DNA of 64,000 nucleotides from Candidatus Dojkabacteria bacterium (GCA_035444565.1 DAOMOX010000001.1:130335-194334); one strand, 5' to 3'. Positions 50,428 to 60,665 are shown, numbered from the stretch's first letter. A program made the numbers and translations. Notes: generated by a model from the letters alone, not told the origin.

Positions 50428-51382
50428 TTTCCCGAATCTGACTAGCGATTGCCACTCTATCAATTTTATACTTCTCCCACAATTTTCGATGACTTCCAGA
50501 CTCACCGAAAGTATCGTCTATGCCCACTATTTTTGTAAATACGGGATGATTTTCCGCAACAATTCTGGAAATGCTCTCTCCGGCACCACCCCAAATATTA
50601 TGCTCTTCTACAATCAACAGTTTTCCTGTTTTACGAACAGACTCTAATATACCTTCCTTGTCTAGTGGTTTGATGGTATGGAGATTTAATAATTCGACAT
50701 TTCCACCATCTTTATCTACTTCTAGTACAGCTTGAAGAGTTTCATAGACCATAGATCCAGTTGCGATTACGGTTAATTTATCCCCTGATAAAAGTTTCTG
50801 AACTTTTCCAATCTCAGTATGTGCGTCTTCTTTCAGGAAAACTGGAAATTTTTCTCTTGTGAGTTTCATATATATCGGTCCCTTAGCTCTTGAAATCAAA
50901 TGTGTCATGGTTTTTGTTTGATTGTAGTCAGCAGGATTGACAATTACCATGTTAGGGATAGCTTTCATCATAGCGATGTCACTCTCCATCTGTGCGGATG
51001 CTCCATCTGGACCGACATGAAAACCGTAATGAGATGAAACAACTTTGAAATTTTGGTTTTTAATCGAACCGATTCTAATTTGTGCAATATTCAATCCAGG
51101 ACTAAATGCCGCAAATGAGGTAATAAAAGGAATTTTGCCATAATGGCTCAAACCAATTGCTATACTCGCCATATTCTGCTCTGCAACTCCAATTTGTAAA
51201 TACCTCTCTGGGAATACCTCCATAAAGTCGTTTAATTTTAACGAACCTGGAAGATCTGCATTCAATACCACAACATCGTCGTTTTCATTTGCCACAGATA
51301 CAATCGCCACACCAAAAGCTTCTCGAGTTGCCATTTTCTCAAGTTCAGACTCGTTTTTATAGTTTTCTAACAAATACTCCAT
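50420..51382 (-). CDS. Transketolase C-terminal subunit
   Basis: GVAEQNM, GPDGAS.Q, TIKPLD and VEEH motifs. Confidence 0.92.
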   Translation of the reverse strand: MEYLLENYKNESELEKMATREAFGVAIVSVANENDDVVVLNADLPGSLKLNDFMEVFPERYLQIGVAEQNMASIAIGLSHYGKIPFITSFAAFSPGLNIAQIRIGSIKNQNFKVVSSHYGFHVGPDGASAQMESDIAMMKAIPNMVIVNPADYNQTKTMTHLISRAKGPIYMKLTREKFPVFLKEDAHTEIGKVQKLLSGDKLTVIATGSMVYETLQAVLEVDKDGGNVELLNLHTIKPLDKEGILESVRKTGKLLIVEEHNIWGGAGESISRIVAENHPVFTKIVGIDDTFGESGSHRKLWEKYKIDRVAIASQIREII

Positions 51383-51394
51383 TTCGTGTTTCTA

Positions 51395-52234
51395 CTAATT
51401 AAATTTATCCAACTCTGCTTGAAGTTCCTTAAGTGCTTTCTCGACTTCTACAGGATCGTCTTTCCAATCGTGATATTTATAAAGTCGTTCCATAAAACTT
51501 ATATCCTCACCTGCTATTGTGTGTGCGATAATCGCGACAGGTTGATCAATATTCTTCACGAAATCAAATATTTGCAATATTTCATTGTAATCGTGACCAT
51601 TAATATCGAGTGCTATCCAACCGAAACTCTCATACTTTTCTTTTAAATTTCCTAAAGGCATTATGTCTTCTGTATTGCCATCAATTTGGACGTGGTTCCT
51701 ATCTACAATGACCACAAGGTTGTTTAGGCTCCACTTGTTGGCTGACATTATCGCTTCCCATGTCTGACCTTCTTGATGCTCACCGTCGGAAGTAATCACA
51801 TAAACTTTATTTGGCTTTGAATCCATCGTCAAACCGAGTGCCATTCCTACTCCTTGTGATAATCCTTGTCCGAGTAGACCACTTGTATTCTCAACTCCCG
51901 GAATTCCCAATTTGGGATGACCTTGAAGAAGAGAGTCAATTTTACGTAGATTATTTAGTTCTTCTTTGGGAAAAAAGCCTTTTCTCGCAAGTGCTGCATA
52001 AAGTATAGGGCAAACATGCCCGTTTGATAACAAGATGTAATCCCTCTCATCCCAATCAGGGTTAGTTGGATCAAGATTAGCTACTTTGAAATATAGACAA
52101 GTTACAATGTCAGCAATACTGAAAGCACCTCCAATATGACCTGAATCAGCCTTATCGAGCATTTTTATCACGTCGATTTTCAACTCATAGGAGAGTTTAC
52201 GAAGTTTATCTAATTCTTCTTTGCTATAATCCAT
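51395..52234 (-). CDS. Transketolase N-terminal subunit
   Basis: SGHIGG, LSNGH, LQGHP and SDGE.QEG..WE...N ThDP motif. Confidence 0.93.
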   Translation of the reverse strand: MDYSKEELDKLRKLSYELKIDVIKMLDKADSGHIGGAFSIADIVTCLYFKVANLDPTNPDWDERDYILLSNGHVCPILYAALARKGFFPKEELNNLRKIDSLLQGHPKLGIPGVENTSGLLGQGLSQGVGMALGLTMDSKPNKVYVITSDGEHQEGQTWEAIMSANKWSLNNLVVIVDRNHVQIDGNTEDIMPLGNLKEKYESFGWIALDINGHDYNEILQIFDFVKNIDQPVAIIAHTIAGEDISFMERLYKYHDWKDDPVEVEKALKELQAELDKFN

Positions 52235-52235
52235 A

Positions 52236-52838
52236 TTACTTTATTGAAAATTCAACAGATTTTCCACCAAATGATTCTGTATAGAGAAGAGAAAAGACAG
52301 TCTCCTTAGCAGGCACTTCATATGTTATCCACCCTCTATGTTCTTGTCCTGCTGGTAGAGTACCAGAAGAAAAAGTGGGTTGTTTTGCTCCTCCAAAAAC
52401 AACACCATAAGAATAATTGTCTGAGTCCTTTAATTTGAAATTATAGTCCGAATAATAGACAGATTCATCTGAATCGTTAACCATATATAATTCTACCGCG
52501 ACATACTTCATATCAGTATCTGGTGAATAAAAATCATCCTCCGGCATATATTCCATATCAAATTCGTTAATACTGAGTTTCAAACCATCAAGATTGGCCG
52601 TCTCTTCTACATCCAAATATTCGACCTCATCCCTCTGTGGAGTAACTGTATCAAATATCTCTGTAAGTCTATCATTATCTTCTATTATTGTGGGACTTGG
52701 AGTTGCGAATAGCGCTATTGCCATAAACGTCCCGCAACAGAAACATAGAAATAGGAATATGGCAATCGCGAGGACTATGAAAATAGTCTTGTTGCTACCA
52801 GATTTTTGTATTGGTTGATTTACTTCAGCCTGTTCCAT
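52236..52838 (-). CDS. DUF4352-like membrane-anchored protein
   Basis: Cys-rich TM; FKLKDSD.YSY and L..G...RGWITYEVP pattern. Confidence 0.75.
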   Translation of the reverse strand: MEQAEVNQPIQKSGSNKTIFIVLAIAIFLFLCFCCGTFMAIALFATPSPTIIEDNDRLTEIFDTVTPQRDEVEYLDVEETANLDGLKLSINEFDMEYMPEDDFYSPDTDMKYVAVELYMVNDSDESVYYSDYNFKLKDSDNYSYGVVFGGAKQPTFSSGTLPAGQEHRGWITYEVPAKETVFSLLYTESFGGKSVEFSIK

Positions 52839-52949
52839 TAATAATGATTAAGAAATAATAATAAATCATATCAAAAATAAGATATTATTATTAGACCTCT
52901 TACCTTTTTCTGTTTTTTATGTAAGAATATCTTTTAAATAATCCCCAAT

Positions 52950-54032
52950 ATGTCACACAAATTTTATATAGGTGGAGGAAAAACGGCTGATTGGCCAAAC
53001 CTTCCCACCCAGACTTTCGCGCCCGTTATGGGTCTAAATTACAGAAACGTATTGCTTTTGCAACAAGTTTCTGATGTCAGCTCTCGCAATCAGGTTGACA
53101 CTTCAGTCAAATTCGGCCCATTCGAGCTGAAAGTTCCAATTATGACAGCTGCCATGGACAGCGTCAGTGGAGAATTGATGATTCGTACACTTCATGAACT
53201 TGGTGCACTAGGCACTTTGCCACGTGCGCACACAGAAACAGAGTTCAAAGAAAACCTTGTTATTTGCAAATCACTAGCAGAGGAAAATATTTCATGTGTC
53301 TACTCCGTAGGATTAGCGAATGCTACTGAAGAAGCAAATAAATATATTTCAAACGGTGCGAAAGTAATTTTGATAGATGTCGCACAAGGAGGAATGAAAA
53401 AAATAGTTGAGCAGGCAATTAAAATTAAAAAGAAATTCCCTAAAGTTCATATGATTGCAGGAAGCATTTGCACCTATGATGTCACAAAAATGTACATCGA
53501 TGCAGGAATTGATATGATCAAACTTGGTGTCGGAAACGGAAGCGCATGCGATACAAGACAACAAGCAGGCACCGGAACACCTCAGCTATCTGCAATTCTG
53601 GATGCAACATTAGCAGATGATGTCACCATCATCGCTGATGGCGGAATAAAATATCCCGGAGACGTAGCATTGTCTCTTGCGGCTGGAGCGGATATGGTGA
53701 TGAGCGGCTCAATATTTGCTGGGACAACAGAAACTCCTGGAAGAGTAATTAATGGCGTAAAAACATACAGAGGACAAGCCTCAGCAGAATATATGAAAGA
53801 TCATGGAATTAAAAAAGCGCATAGAAGTATAGAAGGAATCAGTATGAATGTTCCTTACAAAGGTGACGTGAAATATGTTATAGAAAACTTTGCTGCCGGA
53901 TTACGTTCTGCTTTTAGTTATAGTGGTGCTACAAATCTCAAGGAGTTCCAAGATAGAGCTATTTTTCAATATATTGGAGAGAACACATTTACTAGGGAGA
54001 GTCTACCTCAGGTACCCGTAAACTTGCAGTAA
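52950..54032 (+). CDS. IMP dehydrogenase/GMP reductase family protein, no CBS domains
   Basis: AAMDSV, GVGNGSAC.TR catalytic loop, IADGGI and GLRSAFSY motifs. Confidence 0.9.
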   Translation: MSHKFYIGGGKTADWPNLPTQTFAPVMGLNYRNVLLLQQVSDVSSRNQVDTSVKFGPFELKVPIMTAAMDSVSGELMIRTLHELGALGTLPRAHTETEFKENLVICKSLAEENISCVYSVGLANATEEANKYISNGAKVILIDVAQGGMKKIVEQAIKIKKKFPKVHMIAGSICTYDVTKMYIDAGIDMIKLGVGNGSACDTRQQAGTGTPQLSAILDATLADDVTIIADGGIKYPGDVALSLAAGADMVMSGSIFAGTTETPGRVINGVKTYRGQASAEYMKDHGIKKAHRSIEGISMNVPYKGDVKYVIENFAAGLRSAFSYSGATNLKEFQDRAIFQYIGENTFTRESLPQVPVNLQ

Positions 54033-54087
54033 GAGTTAAATTAGAATATCATTAGTCATAAATTAATTAACTTTAACAGAAACTAAA

Positions 54088-54339
54088 ATGCCAAAAAGTG
54101 TGAATAAACTCGTAAAACAAGCTAGTGTTGTTGCTTCAGCAATAGGAGCAGGAGTTCTAGCCGGTCTTATGCTTGCCCCTAAATCAGGGAAAGAGACCAG
54201 AAAAGATATTAAAAACAAACTTGACGAGACTAAAGATAATATCGAAAAAAAAGGTACAGAAGTAAAGACAGATATGAAAGAAAAAACAGAAGAAATGAAG
54301 AGAGAAGTCGAGAAAAAAGTCGAAGAATTGAAGAAATAA
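54088..54339 (+). CDS. YtxH-domain protein
   Basis: GAGVLAGLMLAPKSGKETR signature. Confidence 0.88.
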   Translation: MPKSVNKLVKQASVVASAIGAGVLAGLMLAPKSGKETRKDIKNKLDETKDNIEKKGTEVKTDMKEKTEEMKREVEKKVEELKK

Positions 54340-54358
54340 TTTTCAATCCAAAAAACTA

Positions 54359-54387
54359 AAACACGCATTAAACATGCGTGTTTTTTT
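54359..54387 (+). terminator. Intrinsic terminator after the YtxH gene
   Basis: ACACGCAT-taaac-ATGCGTGT plus T-run. Confidence 0.8.
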
Positions 54388-54425
54388 ATGCTAATCTATA
54401 TTCATAAATATTATTTTTCCCATTT

Positions 54426-55751
54426 ATGGATAGTTTTGAAAATAGTCCCGACACAACACCAACCCCAGGTGAACAATTAAAACCTACTACTACAAACCCA
54501 CCAACACCAACTCCCGTATCTGCTACAACTTCAAAAACTAAATCAAAGAAAAACTTACTAGAGATTGGAATACTAATAATCATCCTCGCTATCTTGGGAG
54601 GACTTGTTGCATATTATTTAATCTCAAAGAATCAGACAATTTCCATTCCACAGGAGTCAGATACAAACGATCAAGCAAATGGGGAAACAACAACTCAACC
54701 CACACTTGTAGTAGTAACACCTACAATCGAGCCAAGAGAATTAAAGGTACTGGCTGATTGTAAGATGCATAATATTAGTCCTGACGGAGAAATATCCGTG
54801 TTATACGAGAAAGAAGAATTATGCGATTATAATAATCTCATAATTGACGATACCCAGCAATATATTGCTGTTTGGGGTAATTCACGCAAGCTACTAAAAG
54901 TATCTGATGGGACCCTTAATGATTTACCAGAGAATTTATCATTTGGATACTACCATCCGACAAGTAAAAATCTATACACGAAATCTTTTGAAGAAACTTC
55001 ATCCGTTTTGTACAAAGGAACATTGACCAATCCAAAAGTAACCAAAATATTTGAATTTGAACTAACAATGGGAGGACGCGGACCAATGGCAGAAGACGAC
55101 GGTTACATCGCTCCAAACAGTTCAGAAAGTTACATAATTTATCAAGATACAACTACAAATGATTTCTTTACTGAATCGAAACTAGTGCCTCCAAGCTACA
55201 ATGGAGGTATGGTTGTTTTTACATCAACAGGTAGTAAATTAATTGAAGTTGAGGGAGCATTTCGGACTCGTTGGATTGACGATAGTTCACTTGTCACATT
55301 GGTAAAAAACGAGAATAACACACAAGTGACCATAAGGAAGTACACAATCACACCAGATGGTAAGTTCAGTTTCGTAGATTTGTATCGTATTAATGATAAA
55401 TCAACTTTTGGAGAAATCTATAATATTGACATAAGTAATAAAACTGCCCTACTAAACGTTTATAAAGAGGAAAAGCATTTGGCTTACATAGCAGATTTGT
55501 CTGGTGATACCACAACTCTAGTGAAGTATTCAGACATTCCTGCAAATTCACATCTAATGGGTAATGAAAATTTACTTGGTTATGGTTTAACCGAATGTGA
55601 TCCAACAAAGGGACTCGAACAACCAGAAGAATTATCATGTCCTGTGGCAGACTGGGTTTTCGATGATTACAAAACAGATATTAGAATATACAACTTAGTC
55701 ACAAAAGAGAAAAAGACCCTACTCAAACTAGACGAGATGTATTTACTCTAA
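54426..55751 (+). CDS. Membrane-anchored hypothetical protein (beta-rich ectodomain)
   Basis: P/T-rich N-terminus, single TM. Confidence 0.7.
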   Translation: MDSFENSPDTTPTPGEQLKPTTTNPPTPTPVSATTSKTKSKKNLLEIGILIIILAILGGLVAYYLISKNQTISIPQESDTNDQANGETTTQPTLVVVTPTIEPRELKVLADCKMHNISPDGEISVLYEKEELCDYNNLIIDDTQQYIAVWGNSRKLLKVSDGTLNDLPENLSFGYYHPTSKNLYTKSFEETSSVLYKGTLTNPKVTKIFEFELTMGGRGPMAEDDGYIAPNSSESYIIYQDTTTNDFFTESKLVPPSYNGGMVVFTSTGSKLIEVEGAFRTRWIDDSSLVTLVKNENNTQVTIRKYTITPDGKFSFVDLYRINDKSTFGEIYNIDISNKTALLNVYKEEKHLAYIADLSGDTTTLVKYSDIPANSHLMGNENLLGYGLTECDPTKGLEQPEELSCPVADWVFDDYKTDIRIYNLVTKEKKTLLKLDEMYLL

Positions 55752-55759
55752 AATAAGGA

Positions 55760-56689
55760 CTACTTAAAATAAGGCACTCTCCACCATTTAATTGGGTCGA
55801 CGAATCTGTAGTCTCGATTTAATTTCGAGATTTTATCATAATCCTCTGGAGTCATCTCGAAATCAAGGGCTTGTTTGTTTTCTTTGATTCTAGCCTTTGT
55901 GGTACTTTTCGGAATGATTACAACATCTCTACTGATACCCCAATTTAATGCAATTTGAGCAGGTGATTTTTTATATTTCTTTGCAAGTTCCAAGATAACA
56001 TCATCTTCCAACAAGGAATCCTCACCTTCATCTCGTCCGCCAGGTGAGCCCATTGGCGAATACGCGGTTACAAGAATATCTTCGTGTTTCATATATTTCA
56101 GGAACAAATCCTGTGTATTGTATGGATGAACTTCGATTTGATTAACTGCAGGGCGTATTTTCGCATAAGAAAATAACTCAAGCATCAACTGAGTTGAGAA
56201 ATTTGAAACTCCAATAGATTTTACCAATCCTTTTTCGACTAGATTCTCCATCGCTTCCCAAGTTTCTCTAAGTGAGACATTTTCAGTTCTGATGTAACCC
56301 TCACTATCTAATGGTTCATTTTCCTCACCGGATTCGAAAGCAATTCCCCAGTGAATCAAATACAAATCAAGATAATCAAGTTTCAGATCTTTGAGAGTTT
56401 TTCGGCAAGCCTTCTCAACATTTTCTTTTTTGTGCTTTGTATTCCATAACTTGCTGGTGATAAAAATATCCTCACGTTTCACTTTGCCCGAGTTGAAAAC
56501 TTCCTCAAATGCTTCTCCAATTTCTTTCTCATTGCCATAAACAGCAGCACAATCGATGTGTTTATAATCTGCTTCAAGTAATGCATATTTAACAATTTCT
56601 CCAACTACCCCTTTCTCTGACCTCCATGTTCCAAGACCAAAAGATGGCATAGTATTTCCATTGTTCAGTTTGAATTCTGTATGGATCAT
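55760..56689 (-). CDS. Aldo/keto reductase
   Basis: GLGTW, HIDCAAVY, TSKLW, YLIHW, IGVSNF and IPKS motifs. Confidence 0.95.
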   Translation of the reverse strand: MIHTEFKLNNGNTMPSFGLGTWRSEKGVVGEIVKYALLEADYKHIDCAAVYGNEKEIGEAFEEVFNSGKVKREDIFITSKLWNTKHKKENVEKACRKTLKDLKLDYLDLYLIHWGIAFESGEENEPLDSEGYIRTENVSLRETWEAMENLVEKGLVKSIGVSNFSTQLMLELFSYAKIRPAVNQIEVHPYNTQDLFLKYMKHEDILVTAYSPMGSPGGRDEGEDSLLEDDVILELAKKYKKSPAQIALNWGISRDVVIIPKSTTKARIKENKQALDFEMTPEDYDKISKLNRDYRFVDPIKWWRVPYFK

Positions 56690-56835
56690 ATCAAAGAAAA
56701 ATAAATTAATATATAAGCAAATTATATATCACTTTGAGTATAGAATTTCTATTCAAATTGACATGTAAATCTAGTTTTATTAGATATTTGATATTTGTTA
56801 TAGTTTAGATGAACTTAAAATTCCAGAGATTATAA

Positions 56836-58311
56836 ATGCAGAAAATAGTTATCATCATTGTTGTATTACCATTAATATTCCTAGTGTATTCGAGAGAATT
56901 GATAAATACAAAAGCTCAATCGACTGAAGATATTAACACAAGTGTTGCCCCAGGAACTGAGTGGCAAAACGTACCAGGGAATGCTCTATACAATACTGAA
57001 GAGTTCTCAGTGATGCAATTTGAAGCTAAATATGACTGTACTGGAGATGGCCTTGGTGATACAGCAGAAGCTTGCGGTGCTGTTGCGAATTCTGGTTTCG
57101 GTTTGGATCATCGGGACATCATTTCTTTTGATCCTGACAAAGTTGTTTCAACTGCAGAAGGTGCTCCAATTGTACACATCAGTCTCAATCAAGCAGAGAA
57201 TGCTTGTCCTGCAGGGACATATTTGATAAAAAATGATGAATGGATGACAATTACTCGAAACGCAGAACTTCAGTCTGCAAACTGGATTGACGATGTTGTG
57301 GGTTCTACAATTACAGGATTAGGAGGATTAAAAAGAGGTAATGTTTGCGTTATAGATGGAGTTAGTTATGATGGTGAAAATCCTGAATACGGAACATCTC
57401 GAGATGAAAAATCTAAAATTATATTATCGAATGGAACTGAAATATGGGATTTGTCTGGGAATGTGTGGGAACATCTTCGCATAGACGATGCTGATAGTGT
57501 GATACCTCGTGTAAATATGCCGACTTTAAGCACTACTGCTGATGATGGAACTTCTGGAGGTTGGGGAGAATTCACAGACATCGACGGTTATGGCATGCTT
57601 TCTTACGACATCATAAGACCCTTGGATTCATCATATAATTCAACTCATGGGGTTGGACGGATCTGAATATTTGGTGATGATGAAGTATCCGCTGGTTTGA
57701 GAATTGCATTACGTGGAGGTTCATGGACAAGCTTAATCGATGGTGGTATTTTCACAATGAGTCTAAGTGTGGCTGATGTAGGAAGCAACGAAGATATTGG
57801 CTATCGCTGTGCTGGTCCTGCAATTGTTTACCCTACAAATACCCTTACCCCTACATTAGTTCCAACAAACACGCCCCAACCTACTGTGACACCAACTCCA
57901 GTAATAGATATGAGGATTACAAATATTAACGCTATCTACATATTAACTAATGTCTTTACATATTATTACCCTTACAACAACAATATTAAATTTAAAGGGA
58001 TAACACACCCATTGGCATTTGTGAAGATTACAGTTAATTCTGAACCTAAGATTTGCGAAACTACTGCAGACGCAGAAGGGAACTTCGAATGTACATTCTC
58101 ATATATTGAGAATGGTTTGCATACAGTGACAATAGTAGCAACAACTACTGATGAACAGGTCATAACTTATCCTCAAATTACATTAGGGATTAACATGAGT
58201 TTGGTGCCAACTGGCAATGGTTCTCTCATCTCAGTAATAGTTGGAGCCATTATTTTTATATTTGGTATACTAATTACTCGGTTTAAATCACCACGTCTTA
58301 ATTACAAATGA
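56836..58311 (+). pseudogene. FGE/CLec-fold surface protein with PT linker, Ig-like domain and C-terminal anchor; one in-frame TGA (57664-57666)
   Basis: EIWDLSGNVWE before the stop and RGGSW...IGYRC after it, in the same frame (GRI*IFG); LVPTG, TM and basic tail. Confidence 0.8.
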
Positions 58312-58784
58312 CCTTCCTATCACATGCACTCGTTGGGGCTTCAATCGGAGTTGCGTTATCAAATATCACTGGAGTAGATTCAAATTTAACAGTTCCATTG
58401 AATATTGGACTTTCATTGCTTCCGGACATTAATTTAATCTGGAGGAAGATTTCCGACCACCATAATGATATTACACATTACCCATTTCTCTGGGTGGTAT
58501 TAGCAACAATTGTGTGGTATTTAGAGCCTGCGACACATATATATTCTATGTCGATTTTATTGTCTGGATTATTCCATCTCATTTTAGATACTTTTGGGAT
58601 GAATGTAGGTGTTCATTGGCTCGCGCCCTTCCATTCAAAAGAGTTTTCGTTTACTAAAATACATCCACAACCCAAACAAAAGTCTGTGAAATCAAAGATC
58701 AATCAATTCCATAATTCAAAACATAGTTACATCGAACTTATTACGATTTTGGCAAGTACCTTTGTAATCTGGGCATTATTTTAG
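58308..58784 (+). CDS. YdjM-like membrane metal-dependent hydrolase
   Basis: SHAL, LPD, H...TH and HLILD motifs. Confidence 0.82.
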   Translation: MTFLSHALVGASIGVALSNITGVDSNLTVPLNIGLSLLPDINLIWRKISDHHNDITHYPFLWVVLATIVWYLEPATHIYSMSILLSGLFHLILDTFGMNVGVHWLAPFHSKEFSFTKIHPQPKQKSVKSKINQFHNSKHSYIELITILASTFVIWALF

Positions 58785-59363
58785 TAACTCGTCTAGTTCT
58801 TCGACTTTATCGATAATGGCTAAGGGTTTGGCTTCTCCTAAAATTTCTCTAGAGTGCAATCCCCAAGTAACCCCTATTGCATCAATATTGAGTTTCCTGG
58901 CTTCATTTATATCTCCAACTGTGTCAGTCACAAATATACAATCTTCCGGCTTTGCATCATATTTGTCCATTATCATTTGTAGTTTCTCCACCTTGCTTGG
59001 ATTTATGTGTACATCATAAATATCATCAATAAACTCACTAATTCTTTTCTCAGACAGAAAATTTTCAATTCCCTCTCTAGGAGAACTACTACAAATCACA
59101 ATTGTTCTGTCATTGTATTTTTTCAGGAAATCATACAAAGGGTAAAACTCAGTCTCTACTACTCTTTTGTTATACATATCAAAATATATTGGATAATGTT
59201 CCTTCTCATATCTAATAGCTGGTTTTAACATGGGATTAGATTTCCCATGATCAATATGGTCTTGTTCTGTTACATCGGGGAAAAATTTCCGTGACAATTC
59301 AAGGTGAAGTTGCATAGTATTTGCAAGGACACCGTCGAAATCGAATATTATTACTTTTTTCAT
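58776..59363 (-). CDS. HAD-family hydrolase
   Basis: FDFDGVL, SS, K, TDTVGD and GVTWG motifs. Confidence 0.9.
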   Translation of the reverse strand: MKKVIIFDFDGVLANTMQLHLELSRKFFPDVTEQDHIDHGKSNPMLKPAIRYEKEHYPIYFDMYNKRVVETEFYPLYDFLKKYNDRTIVICSSSPREGIENFLSEKRISEFIDDIYDVHINPSKVEKLQMIMDKYDAKPEDCIFVTDTVGDINEARKLNIDAIGVTWGLHSREILGEAKPLAIIDKVEELDELLK

Positions 59364-59377
59364 ATTATAATGACTGA

Positions 59378-60154
59378 TTATAAATCTCTAAGATGCCTGA
59401 GTACATATTTCTCAAGAGTCTGTCTAACCTCAATATCAGGAATTTCTTTTATTTTCTTCTTTAGAGTCTGAACTTCACTCACATCTTCAAGCTCCTTTAG
59501 AATTTTAGCACCTTGCTTAGATAAAATTGATTTGTCAGTCAGAACTCGCGCTATATCTACGCCTTCTTTTATATATGTATTTAAGGCTGTGTTTTGGTCT
59601 AATTTTCGTTACTTCGGAAGGCTCAACAATCCTTTAATCACAACTTTCTTTGTCTCATCTTTATTAAATACTACATTTAAATATGTCTCTGCGCCATATT
59701 TTGATTTTGAGATGTATTTCAAATGCGGTAATAAATCTTCCTTATAATAAGCTCTTTGCCCAGTGAGATTTGAGAATATCTTATGTATTGGTTTAACTTC
59801 CAAAATCCCCATCACCACTCTGTAGTTGCTATTTAATATTGGCTTCAATAAAGTTTCAATATGTTCGATCGTTAGATTTGTAAAATCCGCATCCAGGAAT
59901 AGAATAATATCCCCTTTGGCTTTTTTAATTCCCTCTGCCATTGCATTCCCTTTGCCTTGATTTAGATGGATATCGATAATTTGAATCTTATTTTTGAAAT
60001 TATTAATTTCTTCAAGAGTGTTGTCAGTTGAGCCATCATTAATACAAATTACCTCATCAACTTTGGGAGATTTCAATATCACCTCTAATACTGTAGTGAT
60101 TGTCTTTTCCTCATTATATGCAGGAACGATTGCGCTAATAAAGTGTTTTGACAT
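59378..60154 (-). pseudogene. Glycosyltransferase family 2 with one in-frame TAA (59609-59611)
   Basis: PAYNEE, DGSTD and DAD motifs; frame stays open 76 codons past the TAA and ends 14 nt before the next start. Confidence 0.75.
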
Positions 60155-60228
60155 ATAGATTAGATTAATTAGTGGGAAAGTATAGCATGTGATGAGAAGG
60201 GGTGGAATGTTTCCGATTTAGTCACAAA

Positions 60229-60480
60229 GCGGGACCGACGGGACTCGAACCCGCAACCTCACGCGCTTGCCCCGTAAGAATTTATTCTGTACGGGGTGAC
60301 AGATAAATAATGTTTACAGGAAAAATGAGAATACGGACAACCATAGACAAAAAAGCGGGACCGACGGGACTCGAACCCGCAACCTCACGCGCTTGCCCCG
60401 TAAGAATTTATTCTGTACGGGGTGACAGATAAATAATGTTTACAGGAAAAATGAGAATACGGACAACCATAGACAAAAAA
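60229..60480 (-). repeat. Two identical 126-bp tandem units holding a hairpin-interrupted tRNA-Asp 3' half
   Basis: gcgggaccgacggg... recurs at 60229, 60355 and 60481. Confidence 0.92.
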
Positions 60481-60481
60481 G

Positions 60482-60555
60482 CGGGACCGACGGGACTCGA
60501 ACCCGCAACCTCACGCGTGACAGGCGTGTGCTCTAACCAGTTGAGCTACAATCCC
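60482..60555 (-). tRNA. tRNA-Asp(GUC), CCA not encoded
   Basis: GGGATTG...CACGC-CT-GTC-AC-GCGTG...GTTCGAGTC...CGGTCCC-G. Confidence 0.95.
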
Positions 60556-60611
60556 GCTTTTTTGTCTATTCAATTATGAAGAACAATAAAGTCTAATACC
60601 CAAATAAACGA

Positions 60612-60665
60612 GAGCTATTTATCCTCCGTAGTTTTACGAAGGAGGACAATCCCGCTTTGTGACTA
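60612..60665 (-). repeat. Relic tRNA-Asp 5' end interrupted by a hairpin
   Basis: gagcta[tttatcctccgtagttttacgaaggagga]caatcccgc versus tRNA gagctacaatcccgc. Confidence 0.85.

Noticed and set aside
57664-57666. Genetic code 25 or 4 (TGA as sense)
   Set aside because: glnA and other genes end correctly at TGA, long ORFs are otherwise free of TGA, and the other two internal stops are TAA.
60229-60560. CRISPR array
   Set aside because: The repeat is a tRNA 3' half, the spacers are identical, and there are no cas genes.
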